A DNA stretch of 25,476 nucleotides from a virus. Its lineage: Duplodnaviria; Caudoviricetes. The position numbers and the translations under genes are program-made. The notes beneath the pieces are model-generated. The model was not told the DNA's origin. It did not search any database and saw only the letters and a list, made by a program, of their open reading frames with translations. Every line of letters begins with the position of its first letter. Positions within the stretch are counted from its first letter, which is position 1. The stretch is taken from positions 1 through 25,476 of the IMG/VR virus record IMGVR_UViG_3300025530_000048; one strand, 5' to 3'. Of this stretch, positions 7,839-15,274 are shown piece by piece.

Positions 7839-8979
7839 CGCCGCTGCCAAATTTGATGTCCAAGTCATATACAAGCGCCGCTTTGTTGTCCTTCGGCTTG
7901 CCGTTAGCGAATTGCTTAATCGTGTAGAGCATCGCATCTTCGATTGCCAGCGTTTGATCAAAGCGGTTGATCTTGTACCCACCGGCCAAAGCTGCAATGT
8001 ATTCGCCTTTCACGAAGAACAGAGCCTTTTTCTCTGGAACCTCTTCCGACTCCACCAGCTTGATGTTATACGGCAGTGCCGTTACCCACTGACCATTAGC
8101 GGTTTGCACAGTGTTCCGGAATTGGACACTGATAGCATCCACAGGATTCACGACCATGTGAACCTTACCCAGTACCTTTCGAGCTTTACCTTTTTCATCT
8201 GTAGACAGCGCCTTAATCACATCGTGCAATTCGCCGGCTACAACTTCGCCAAACTGAGAAGGCGCAAAAGTCAATACGCCGGAAGATGTCTTATCGGTTA
8301 CAGCGCCGTTCTCCGCGACATCTTTCATCAGCCCAATCGGTTCATTTTGAGTAGGCCCACGACCATTAACCAAGCCGTACTCCAAACCAACAGAGTAGGA
8401 CTCAACGAGCAGCGTCCGGACGTAGCGTTCCACCCATTCCGGGCCGAGCTCGAGCATGTCTTTCGGGATGACCGCGAAGGCCGTGAGTTTCAGCTGACCG
8501 ATCTGCTCTTCACGGAACGCTGTGCTAACTTGTCCCTTGATTTCGCCGAACAAGTTGCCCCAGGCGTATGCCTTAGTTGGATCGGAATAGATGTAGCGTG
8601 TGACCGCTCCAAGATCCTGCAGACCGATGGCTTCCAGCAACGGATGAGCTGCCACCAGGTCCTCGAACACGCGCTCTTGCGTCGTTACCGGCAAAATCGA
8701 ATCATCAGTAAATCCGCCAGATGCAATTACCTCGTTGAAAAACCTGCGCTCTTCCGATGTCAAAACATTTTGACCACGTGCGGCAAGGATTTGGCTGTCC
8801 ATATTCTCATTGCGGACCTGGGTCAGGATCTTTTCTGTGAGGTCCTCGACCAGCGCATCTTGCAGCTCGTTCCAAGCCTTCGCCTGCGCCTCTGCGTCAG
8901 CCCCTTCCTTTACTAAGTTCATGTAAGCTTCTTTCTTAGCCTCGAAGTTTTCCATTTTACCCTTTAACCTCATCGTCAT
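7825..8979 (-). CDS. Major capsid protein, HK97 fold
   Basis: 384 aa with N-terminal helical delta domain; 'LTSEERRFFNEV', 'NGRGPTQNEPIGL', 'KQFANGKPKDN'. Confidence 0.95.
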   Translation of the reverse strand: MTMRLKGKMENFEAKKEAYMNLVKEGADAEAQAKAWNELQDALVEDLTEKILTQVRNENMDSQILAARGQNVLTSEERRFFNEVIASGGFTDDSILPVTTQERVFEDLVAAHPLLEAIGLQDLGAVTRYIYSDPTKAYAWGNLFGEIKGQVSTAFREEQIGQLKLTAFAVIPKDMLELGPEWVERYVRTLLVESYSVGLEYGLVNGRGPTQNEPIGLMKDVAENGAVTDKTSSGVLTFAPSQFGEVVAGELHDVIKALSTDEKGKARKVLGKVHMVVNPVDAISVQFRNTVQTANGQWVTALPYNIKLVESEEVPEKKALFFVKGEYIAALAGGYKINRFDQTLAIEDAMLYTIKQFANGKPKDNKAALVYDLDIKFGSGEETP

Positions 8980-9003
8980 TAAAAATTACCTCCTTGTTTT
9001 TAA

Positions 9004-9735
9004 TTAAAAAATGAACCTTACTCCAGCTTTCACCGGGGTGGGTTCATTCGTTTGATCTTGATTTTTTAGTTGTGCCAACTCATTTTTCAAATTGGCGACT
9101 TGTGCTTTAAGTTGATTGATCTTTTCATCCCTGTCGTCAACGACAGAATCAGCAAAGCCAATATCAACAGCTTTTTGGGCGCTGAACCACGTTTCTTCAT
9201 CGACCATCTGGCGGATCTCTTCGCGGCTCACTTTTGCTTTGGTCATGTAAATATCGATGATGCCTTCCTCCAATTCTTCTAAGACCTGAGCCTCCTTCCG
9301 CATGTCTGTTTTCGATCCCCAGACAATGCTCCAAGCTTCATGGATCATCATCATCGCTCCTAGACCCATGACCAACTCATCCGCCGCCATGGCGATGACA
9401 GACGCCGCAGAACACGCCCACCCATCCACATAGATCGTCACTTTTCCCTTGTGTTGCTTTAGGCGGTTATAGATCGCGATCCCATCAAAAGCATCTCCTC
9501 CCGGGCTGTTTAGTCGGATCACGATGTCTCCCTTAGCCTCTTTTAGTGCCTGATCTATGTCAGATGCTGAAATGGACTCCTCGAACCAAGAGTCGCCAAT
9601 CACTCCGTAGATCGTGATCTCGGTCGTGTTGGTCTCCTCGTTGTATTTTGCTTCAAACTTCCTCTCGATCTTCTCTAGTTGGTCAACATAGGATTGATTC
9701 TTGAAGGATTTTAAAAATTCTCGGACTCTAGTCAT
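9004..9735 (-). CDS. ClpP-like head maturation protease
   Basis: 'RLNSPGGDAFDGIAIYN', 'DGWACSAASVIAMA', 'MMMIH', 'ETWFSAQKAVDIGFAD'; start ATG 9735 preferred over GTG 9747. Confidence 0.93.
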   Translation of the reverse strand: MTRVREFLKSFKNQSYVDQLEKIERKFEAKYNEETNTTEITIYGVIGDSWFEESISASDIDQALKEAKGDIVIRLNSPGGDAFDGIAIYNRLKQHKGKVTIYVDGWACSAASVIAMAADELVMGLGAMMMIHEAWSIVWGSKTDMRKEAQVLEELEEGIIDIYMTKAKVSREEIRQMVDEETWFSAQKAVDIGFADSVVDDRDEKINQLKAQVANLKNELAQLKNQDQTNEPTPVKAGVRFIF

Positions 9736-10870
9736 CGTCCCCCTCACCCCCTTTCAAAGTACTTTCATAGTTTTTCGTCAAGACGTATTCATCCAACGCT
9801 GGATTATCCACTGGCTCATCTCCCAACTTAACGCGGATTTCATTAGCGTTATACACACCGGATGCGCGCAGCTTGTCAACTGCATTCGCTAACTCTAGCG
9901 GATTCAGTTCAGTCACTCCATAAACATAAACCCGTTTGCCTTGCATGTATTCCGCTTTTGTAATCGTCTTGGCGTTTAGCTCATCGTGGATCTTTTTGAG
10001 GAGCGGGGAGATGCAAAACTTGTTGTACGCCTTGATCGCCGTCTCGTACTCAGACATATCTCCATAAAGAAGCGATGAAGGAATTCCTAAAATATTGGCG
10101 ACAACATCCACCAGATCACGCTTCAGCTTAGCAAGCTCGTCAACGGATTTTCCGTTATTTGAGCCGTCTGCCACCTCGTTGTATTCAAAACCCTTGAGTT
10201 TGGGAACGAGGGCAACACTCTTATTTTGGAAAGACTCGAACAGACGATCGATAAATGCCTGCAGTTGCTCTTTTCCCTTTTCATCCAGCTGCTGTGTTGA
10301 GTCGATTCCTACAGTCCCACGGATCTGGTTGCTCCGTTTTTGCGTTTCCAACATCCGTGCGTACAACTCGGAATAATCCTCGAACATCCCATCCATAAAC
10401 CGAGACAGCTTGACGTTGTGATAGGTGAGATAAATCACTTCATCCATGCGGAATGTTCGTTGGAATGTGTAGTCCTTTACAGTTACATCTCTAAACGTAT
10501 CTGGATATACCGCATACTCTTCGCGGGTGAAATCGTCTGCTATTAACAAATCATTCGTATCAGATAGAATCACTAGAACCTCATTGTCGTAGATCAGCTT
10601 GTAAACAAGGTGATGCCAAAACTCTGAAGCAGATTGATGCGCATTGGGCCTGACGTTGAGCAGATAATCCCAGTCATCATATACCCGTTTGCCGTTTTCA
10701 ACAATCCGAAACTTGCTCAAGCTGATCGTTCGGCCGATAAAGTTGATACACGTCTCCAGAGCCATCTTTTTAAGATAGGGGCGCTTTGCTAAGTCGTAGA
10801 ACAATTCCAAGTCAATAAATGAGCTCTCATGTTTTCCCTCGCGTTTGAAGATTGTCTTTAAAAGTCCCAT
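9728..10870 (-). CDS. Portal protein (HK97 family)
   Basis: 'LLNVRPN...SASEFW', 'VANILGIPSSLL', 'NEIRVKLG', 'LTKNY'. Confidence 0.93.
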   Translation of the reverse strand: MGLLKTIFKREGKHESSFIDLELFYDLAKRPYLKKMALETCINFIGRTISLSKFRIVENGKRVYDDWDYLLNVRPNAHQSASEFWHHLVYKLIYDNEVLVILSDTNDLLIADDFTREEYAVYPDTFRDVTVKDYTFQRTFRMDEVIYLTYHNVKLSRFMDGMFEDYSELYARMLETQKRSNQIRGTVGIDSTQQLDEKGKEQLQAFIDRLFESFQNKSVALVPKLKGFEYNEVADGSNNGKSVDELAKLKRDLVDVVANILGIPSSLLYGDMSEYETAIKAYNKFCISPLLKKIHDELNAKTITKAEYMQGKRVYVYGVTELNPLELANAVDKLRASGVYNANEIRVKLGDEPVDNPALDEYVLTKNYESTLKGGEGDDD

Positions 10871-10891
10871 CCGCTTTTCTCACCCCCCTTG

Positions 10892-12568
10892 TTAGAAGTT
10901 CAGTTCACTAAGCACATCCAGCGCATCTTCGATGTTGCTCTCGCTTAGTTCCTCGATCCGGTATAGTCCACAAACAAGCGCCTGGAAGCCGTCAGTCTTT
11001 CTCCGGATCGGTTCTTTCTTGCCGTACACCTTGTTACCGTCTTTCTTGATGGTGACCAGGACGTTGTTCGTGTACCAGCGCATGAGCGGGTTGTCCCCCC
11101 AGACAAACATCCTCTTCGCAAAGTATGTCTCTACTCGCGGAGCCAGCAGACCGTGGATCGCTTCTGGTCGACGAATTACTTCGACTTCAAAACCCACCGC
11201 CTCTAACATCGGTTTAAGCATCTCCATGCGGTAACTGTCCCCGATTATCTTCTTGATGTTGTATTTCAACCTCATAGTCACAAACCAGTTGACGATGTGT
11301 TCGAAGTTGATCATTTCCTCATCGACAACAGTGAGCAGTCCTTGGGACTCCCATTCCTTGATTGGTGCGAATTTCTCAGTCTCTCCCACATTTATCCTGG
11401 AGTAGCCATAGTATTTATCGGCAAACTCTTTGCGCACGAACGAATGAGTGATAAACGGAACCTTGCCGTCGTGTTTGAACACCAGCCCGACAGCGGCGAA
11501 GTCTCGAATCTGCGCAAAATCAAGACAGCCAATGCACTCTTTGCCTTCGAGATCCGGGAGGGGTTGGTTTGTAGCCGCTATTTCCTCCCACTTAGCAACC
11601 GATCTTTCAAGATCAGTTACCGGCAGATTCATACGCTTTGTCATGAATTCCTCGCGGTTCGAAGGATCGTCAATCAGGTTGTCGTACTCCTCTTTGATCG
11701 TATCAAAAAGTCCCTGAGCATACTCCCCTCTGGGCTCGCTCAGCATGGGATTCGCTTTCTCCCAGTTAGACGGATCATCCACCTCTTCTTCGTCGTCCAG
11801 TTTGCAGATAAAAGGAAATAGAGAATCCGACCTGGCACTGCCTTCTAGAACCTTGCGCGCGCGTTCTTTCATCTTGTCGAGAAACCCATCTCGCACATAT
11901 CCGTCCGTTCCGATGTAAAATTCCCTCGGCGGCTGGCGTTTCCCAAGCCCCGATGTGTGAACTCGAACGTTCTGGTTGTCCTCGAAGTAGTGGATCTCGT
12001 CAAAGACTACCGCGCCGTCACGCAATCCATCTTTTGTGTTGCCATTTGAGGTTCGATACTTAAAGACGCTGTTAGTTTTCTTGCTTAAAACCTGTGTGGC
12101 TGTCGCCTTGAAATGACGTTGGAGCGTCGGATGCTGCTTGACGACATCCCCCACCTCTTCGACAGAGGTTTTCGCCTGTTCCTCTGAGTTGGCAACGACG
12201 GATATGTTGTAGCCACGTACACCGTGCAGTTCGCTAATTAAAAAATGGCTGATCACAGAGATCAAGCCATTCTTCCCCGCACCGCGGCCCATCATCCAAA
12301 GATGACGGCGATAGAACACCCTGCGCGTGCCCTTATAAAACAAAAAGACGAAAGCGATCAAAAACTTCTGGAAAGGTTGCAATGGGAAATACCATTTTTC
12401 CGCGAACCTCACACAGTTTTCAATCATTTCGTCGTCAAAATACAAGTCATCACGAGACAGTACATCTCGCTCCAGGTATTCAATTAATTTAATTCGCTCT
12501 ATATTAAGTTTTATCTTGCCCTCCCGGTAAAGAGCAATGTATTCGTCCACATACTTCTGTCTAAGCAT
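10892..12568 (-). CDS. terL: Terminase large subunit
   Basis: Walker A 'MGRGAGKN', Walker B 'VVFDEIH', nuclease 'GCLDFAQIRD' and 'RKTDGFQAL'. Confidence 0.96.
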   Translation of the reverse strand: MLRQKYVDEYIALYREGKIKLNIERIKLIEYLERDVLSRDDLYFDDEMIENCVRFAEKWYFPLQPFQKFLIAFVFLFYKGTRRVFYRRHLWMMGRGAGKNGLISVISHFLISELHGVRGYNISVVANSEEQAKTSVEEVGDVVKQHPTLQRHFKATATQVLSKKTNSVFKYRTSNGNTKDGLRDGAVVFDEIHYFEDNQNVRVHTSGLGKRQPPREFYIGTDGYVRDGFLDKMKERARKVLEGSARSDSLFPFICKLDDEEEVDDPSNWEKANPMLSEPRGEYAQGLFDTIKEEYDNLIDDPSNREEFMTKRMNLPVTDLERSVAKWEEIAATNQPLPDLEGKECIGCLDFAQIRDFAAVGLVFKHDGKVPFITHSFVRKEFADKYYGYSRINVGETEKFAPIKEWESQGLLTVVDEEMINFEHIVNWFVTMRLKYNIKKIIGDSYRMEMLKPMLEAVGFEVEVIRRPEAIHGLLAPRVETYFAKRMFVWGDNPLMRWYTNNVLVTIKKDGNKVYGKKEPIRRKTDGFQALVCGLYRIEELSESNIEDALDVLSELNF

Positions 12569-12569
12569 A

Positions 12570-12884
12570 TTAGATCAATTCGCTTACATCATCATCTGTC
12601 TCTTTCACAGGAGGTGGGGTGTCCAGTCCCAGATCTTTACCGAGAGCGATCAGCGAGGCGTTGATCTTATTCTTTTCAGCGATAGCGGGGTTGGGTTTCG
12701 TGAAACGCTGCGCCCCGTTAATGGTTGTGATCATTACACCATGTTTTTCTATCGCCTCATCGAGCATATAGTAGAGCCTTACCAGGTTTAAGTAGCGCTC
12801 GATTTTCTCTTGCTGAACCTTGCTTTTGCTGTCGATTCGCTTAAGCAACTCGTTTTTTATCGCTTTTAACTTTTTTTCATCCAT
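12570..12884 (-). CDS. terS: Terminase small subunit (P27 family)
   Basis: 'IEKHGVMITTINGAQRFTKPNPAI...LGL', directly upstream of terL. Confidence 0.92.
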   Translation of the reverse strand: MDEKKLKAIKNELLKRIDSKSKVQQEKIERYLNLVRLYYMLDEAIEKHGVMITTINGAQRFTKPNPAIAEKNKINASLIALGKDLGLDTPPPVKETDDDVSELI

Positions 12885-13000
12885 CCCATCCCCCCCCTAA
12901 CGTGTAAATTTTCGCGAAAAAATGCGACAGTCGAGCCCGCCCGCCGGTGCCGGAGAAAAAGTTTTGCTCAAACCCTTTGGCCCGGGGGTGTCCTGTTGAC
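12885..13000. other. Putative cos/packaging region
   Basis: Non-coding gap upstream of terS. Minus strand reads CCCCCGGG...CGGCGGGCGGGC (12946-12935), followed by the palindrome TTTTCGCGAAAA (12909-12920). This resembles joined 3'-overhang cos sites of HNH/P27-TerS phages. Confidence 0.6.
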
Positions 13001-13002
13001 CC

Positions 13003-13230
13003 CTACCGAATCGCTTCTTCGCTGATCTTCACGTCCTCCGGACAAGGTTCACTCTTGTCAACATACTTAAGTTCAAACTTGTGCTCTCCGTTGTCCTCAG
13101 CCGTCTTCGTTCTCCAGAAATACTCCACGGCCTTTTTACCCGTGACCACTTCGCCTTTGTAGCGAATGACCGGAACGCTGTTCAAGTCTTGCACTTCGAT
13201 CACCAGCAACGGTTGCGCTTTTTCACTCAC
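13003..13230 (-). CDS. Hypothetical protein (75 aa)
   Basis: GTG 13230 after GAAAGGTGG, immediately after the HNH stop; MSEKAQPLLVIEVQDLNSVPVIRYKGE. Confidence 0.7.
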   Translation of the reverse strand: MSEKAQPLLVIEVQDLNSVPVIRYKGEVVTGKKAVEYFWRTKTAEDNGEHKFELKYVDKSEPCPEDVKISEEAIR

Positions 13231-13231
13231 G

Positions 13232-13570
13232 TCAATCCCACCTTTCGTCATGTGCCCACTTGTTCACCTTGGGCTCGAACCCTCTCCCGTGGATCTCGTT
13301 GTGGCAGTCCACGCACAGCGTTTCCAGGTTGTCGATCTCAAGCGCCAGATCCGGACGCTGCCCCAGCTCCTGGACATGATGCACGACCAGCTGAATCTTC
13401 TTCCGTCTGGCCGTCTCGCTGTATTCGTTCGTGTCGATGCTGACCATGCCGTTACGCTTGCACTCCTGACACTCGTAATTGTCCAGCCGCTTGCGTTCTT
13501 CACGCAGCCGCTTCCACTCGCGGCTGTCGTAAAACTTCCGCTTCTGCTCGTCCGTCTTGTACTCTTGCAA
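13232..13570 (-). CDS. Packaging-associated HNH endonuclease
   Basis: 'FYDSREWKRLR', 'ECQEC', 'VHH...NLETLCVDCHNEIH'; TTG start after GAGGTG. Confidence 0.93.
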   Translation of the reverse strand: MQEYKTDEQKRKFYDSREWKRLREERKRLDNYECQECKRNGMVSIDTNEYSETARRKKIQLVVHHVQELGQRPDLALEIDNLETLCVDCHNEIHGRGFEPKVNKWAHDERWD

Positions 13571-13581
13571 GTCTCACACCT

Positions 13582-13654
13582 CGCATATTCCCGGACACCG
13601 CGCCGCACCTATCCAGCTCGGCAGGAGGAGGTCGATGCGCACCTTGCGACGCGG
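13582..13654 (-). ncRNA. Candidate structured RNA in the late-operon leader
   Basis: CCGCGUCGCA pairs with UGCGGCGCGG, enclosing ACC/GGU and UCC/GGA helices; CGCAU/AUGCG could close a pseudoknot. Confidence 0.45.
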
Positions 13655-13664
13655 CGGATCGGAT

Positions 13665-13696
13665 AAAAGAAAAAGCCGCCCGATCGCTCGGACGAC
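13665..13696 (-). terminator. Intrinsic terminator downstream of the putative late promoter
   Basis: GTCGTCCGA-GCGA-TCGGGCGGC followed by TTTTTCTTTT. Confidence 0.85.
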
Positions 13697-13728
13697 TCTA
13701 TATACAACTCTCACACATCTTGCACACT

Positions 13729-13777
13729 ATCATAGTATCACGGATTAAAAAACCTGTGGGTGGCATAAAAGTGGCAT
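13729..13777 (-). promoter_or_regulatory. Putative late promoter with activator-binding direct repeats
   Basis: ATGCCAC-TTTT-ATGCCAC (13777-13760) right after the regulator stop codon, then extended -10 TGaTACTAT (13740-13732); no consensus -35. Confidence 0.65.
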
Positions 13778-13779
13778 CT

Positions 13780-14184
13780 TCAATTCACCTTTACCTTCTT
13801 GACCTGGCTGCTGATACGTTTGATGTGATCGTATGAATATCCTAGACGTTTGGCAATCTCTTTCAGCGGCATATTCTCGATGTCTCGTAGATAGGCGACC
13901 TGATACTTAATCCCCTCGAATCCGCGTATATTCAACTCGATCTGGTTCCGTGTTGCACGCTTCTCTGCCAGCCTCTCAGACACTTCGCGGATTTGCTCGA
14001 CTACTTTGTCATATTGCTCCAGGGCCTTATCCAGCGGGACATGTACAGTGTGATCATCCGAAGGAATACGACCGGAGAATATCACCTTGCGAACTGCTTG
14101 CAACTCCTTCTCCAGATCCTGCAGACGCCACTCATAGATCTCGATCTCTTTCGTGATGTCGTAGTACAGCTTGACAAAACTCAG
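13780..14184 (-). CDS. Late transcriptional regulator (sigma70 region-4-like HTH; RinA/ArpU position)
   Basis: C-terminal HTH 'MPLKEIAKRLGYSYDHIKRISS'. The frame is open upstream of the track's TTG 14103 to CTG 14184, 6 nt after GAGGAGTGA. Confidence 0.8.
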   Translation of the reverse strand: MSFVKLYYDITKEIEIYEWRLQDLEKELQAVRKVIFSGRIPSDDHTVHVPLDKALEQYDKVVEQIREVSERLAEKRATRNQIELNIRGFEGIKYQVAYLRDIENMPLKEIAKRLGYSYDHIKRISSQVKKVKVN

Positions 14185-14251
14185 ATTGTATCACTCCTCG
14201 CATCGAATTGAAGTCACTCTGAATTCGAATGTCCAGCCTATCGCTTCAAAC

Positions 14252-14446
14252 TCAAAACTCACACCTCCCGCTCGGGCAATCGTTGCCGTACACCCGCGAC
14301 TCGTCCGGCAGATCATCCGGTATCCAGCTCAGCGCTTGCCTCAACTGCGTCAATGTCGTCGCGTCCAGATCACCGTGTTCTTCGATCACATCGACGATAG
14401 CGGCGACGCGATCCAGACGTTCTTGCAAAATCTCTTCGCGGCTCAC
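14252..14446 (-). CDS. Hypothetical protein ending in CPSGRCEF
   Basis: GTG start coupled to the upstream stop (GTGA); AAGGAG RBS. Confidence 0.72.
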   Translation of the reverse strand: MSREEILQERLDRVAAIVDVIEEHGDLDATTLTQLRQALSWIPDDLPDESRVYGNDCPSGRCEF

Positions 14447-14688
14447 CCTCGCTCAACTCCTTCGCCTAGTATGTCTTTGCGTGTAATCGCCGCTACGTGA
14501 CTGAGATCGACATAAAACAACTGCTCTTCCCCGTCAATATTGCCCCAGGAGAGTTTTATCAACTCTCCGGTCAAGTCGAGTGTCTTTCTCTCGATACTTT
14601 CGACCTGAAGCTCAACGATCTGTCCTGACTTAAGATAGATTTTTACTTCTTGTTTGAACTCACCGGTTCCGCCACAAGTTTCGCTCAT
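14443..14688 (-). CDS. Hypothetical protein (81 aa)
   Basis: ATG 14688 overlaps the upstream TGA (ATGA) after GAGGAGG. Confidence 0.72.
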   Translation of the reverse strand: MSETCGGTGEFKQEVKIYLKSGQIVELQVESIERKTLDLTGELIKLSWGNIDGEEQLFYVDLSHVAAITRKDILGEGVERG

Positions 14689-14984
14689 CTCTGTTCGACC
14701 TCCTCGATCAACCTCTCCAGATACCATCTTGCCTTACGTAGATCCTCGACACCGTTCTTCCGCTTCCACCGCCACACGTACTTAATCACATTGCCCGTGC
14801 AGACGGCTTCGATGCCTTCGAGGCCCGTCGTCGCCGCCTCAATCGCGTCGATACACTCGACTTTGCCGGCAGTGTAGTGCGCCGGGTGATCGATAGCTTC
14901 TGCTTTGCGACAATCCTCGCACACTACACCGTCTTTATCCAATCCGTGTAAGATGACTCCGCATCTCGTACACACTGCGCTCAC
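14685..14984 (-). CDS. DUF3310 (T7 gp1.7/SaV-like) protein with N-terminal CxxC...CxxC
   Basis: 'IDHPAHYTAGKVECID...GNVIKYVWRWKRKNGVEDLRKARWYL'. Confidence 0.88.
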   Translation of the reverse strand: MSAVCTRCGVILHGLDKDGVVCEDCRKAEAIDHPAHYTAGKVECIDAIEAATTGLEGIEAVCTGNVIKYVWRWKRKNGVEDLRKARWYLERLIEEVEQR

Positions 14985-15274
14985 TTCTGATCACCATCCT
15001 TGTTAATCCGTCCCATTACCCGATCAAACTCCTGCCCTGTCGTATCATCCAGCGTGATCGTCGCCATGCCGTCCCACTGCTCCCTGATCTGCGTGGCCTT
15101 ATCATGCAGCTGCTTCTGCAGCCGAGGCGGCAGTACGATCTCTGCCGCGTCGGTATAGTGCTCGACGGCCTTTGCGTAGGCCTGGCTGTGTAGCCAGTTC
15201 ATCCATTGCCAAAACTGATCGTTGGTCATGGCCTTGATCCGCTGGAACGCTCTTCGCTTCTGGCGGTCATCCAT
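14981..15274 (-). CDS. Hypothetical protein (97 aa)
   Basis: Overlaps both neighbours in the co-directional string. Confidence 0.72.
   Translation of the reverse strand: MDDRQKRRAFQRIKAMTNDQFWQWMNWLHSQAYAKAVEHYTDAAEIVLPPRLQKQLHDKATQIREQWDGMATITLDDTTGQEFDRVMGRINKDGDQK

Noticed and set aside
7912-8916. 334-aa + strand ORF
   Set aside because: Antisense shadow of the capsid gene.
12890-12897. G8 tract before terS as a phase-variation site
   Set aside because: Adequately explained as a G-rich RBS; there is no evidence of length variation.
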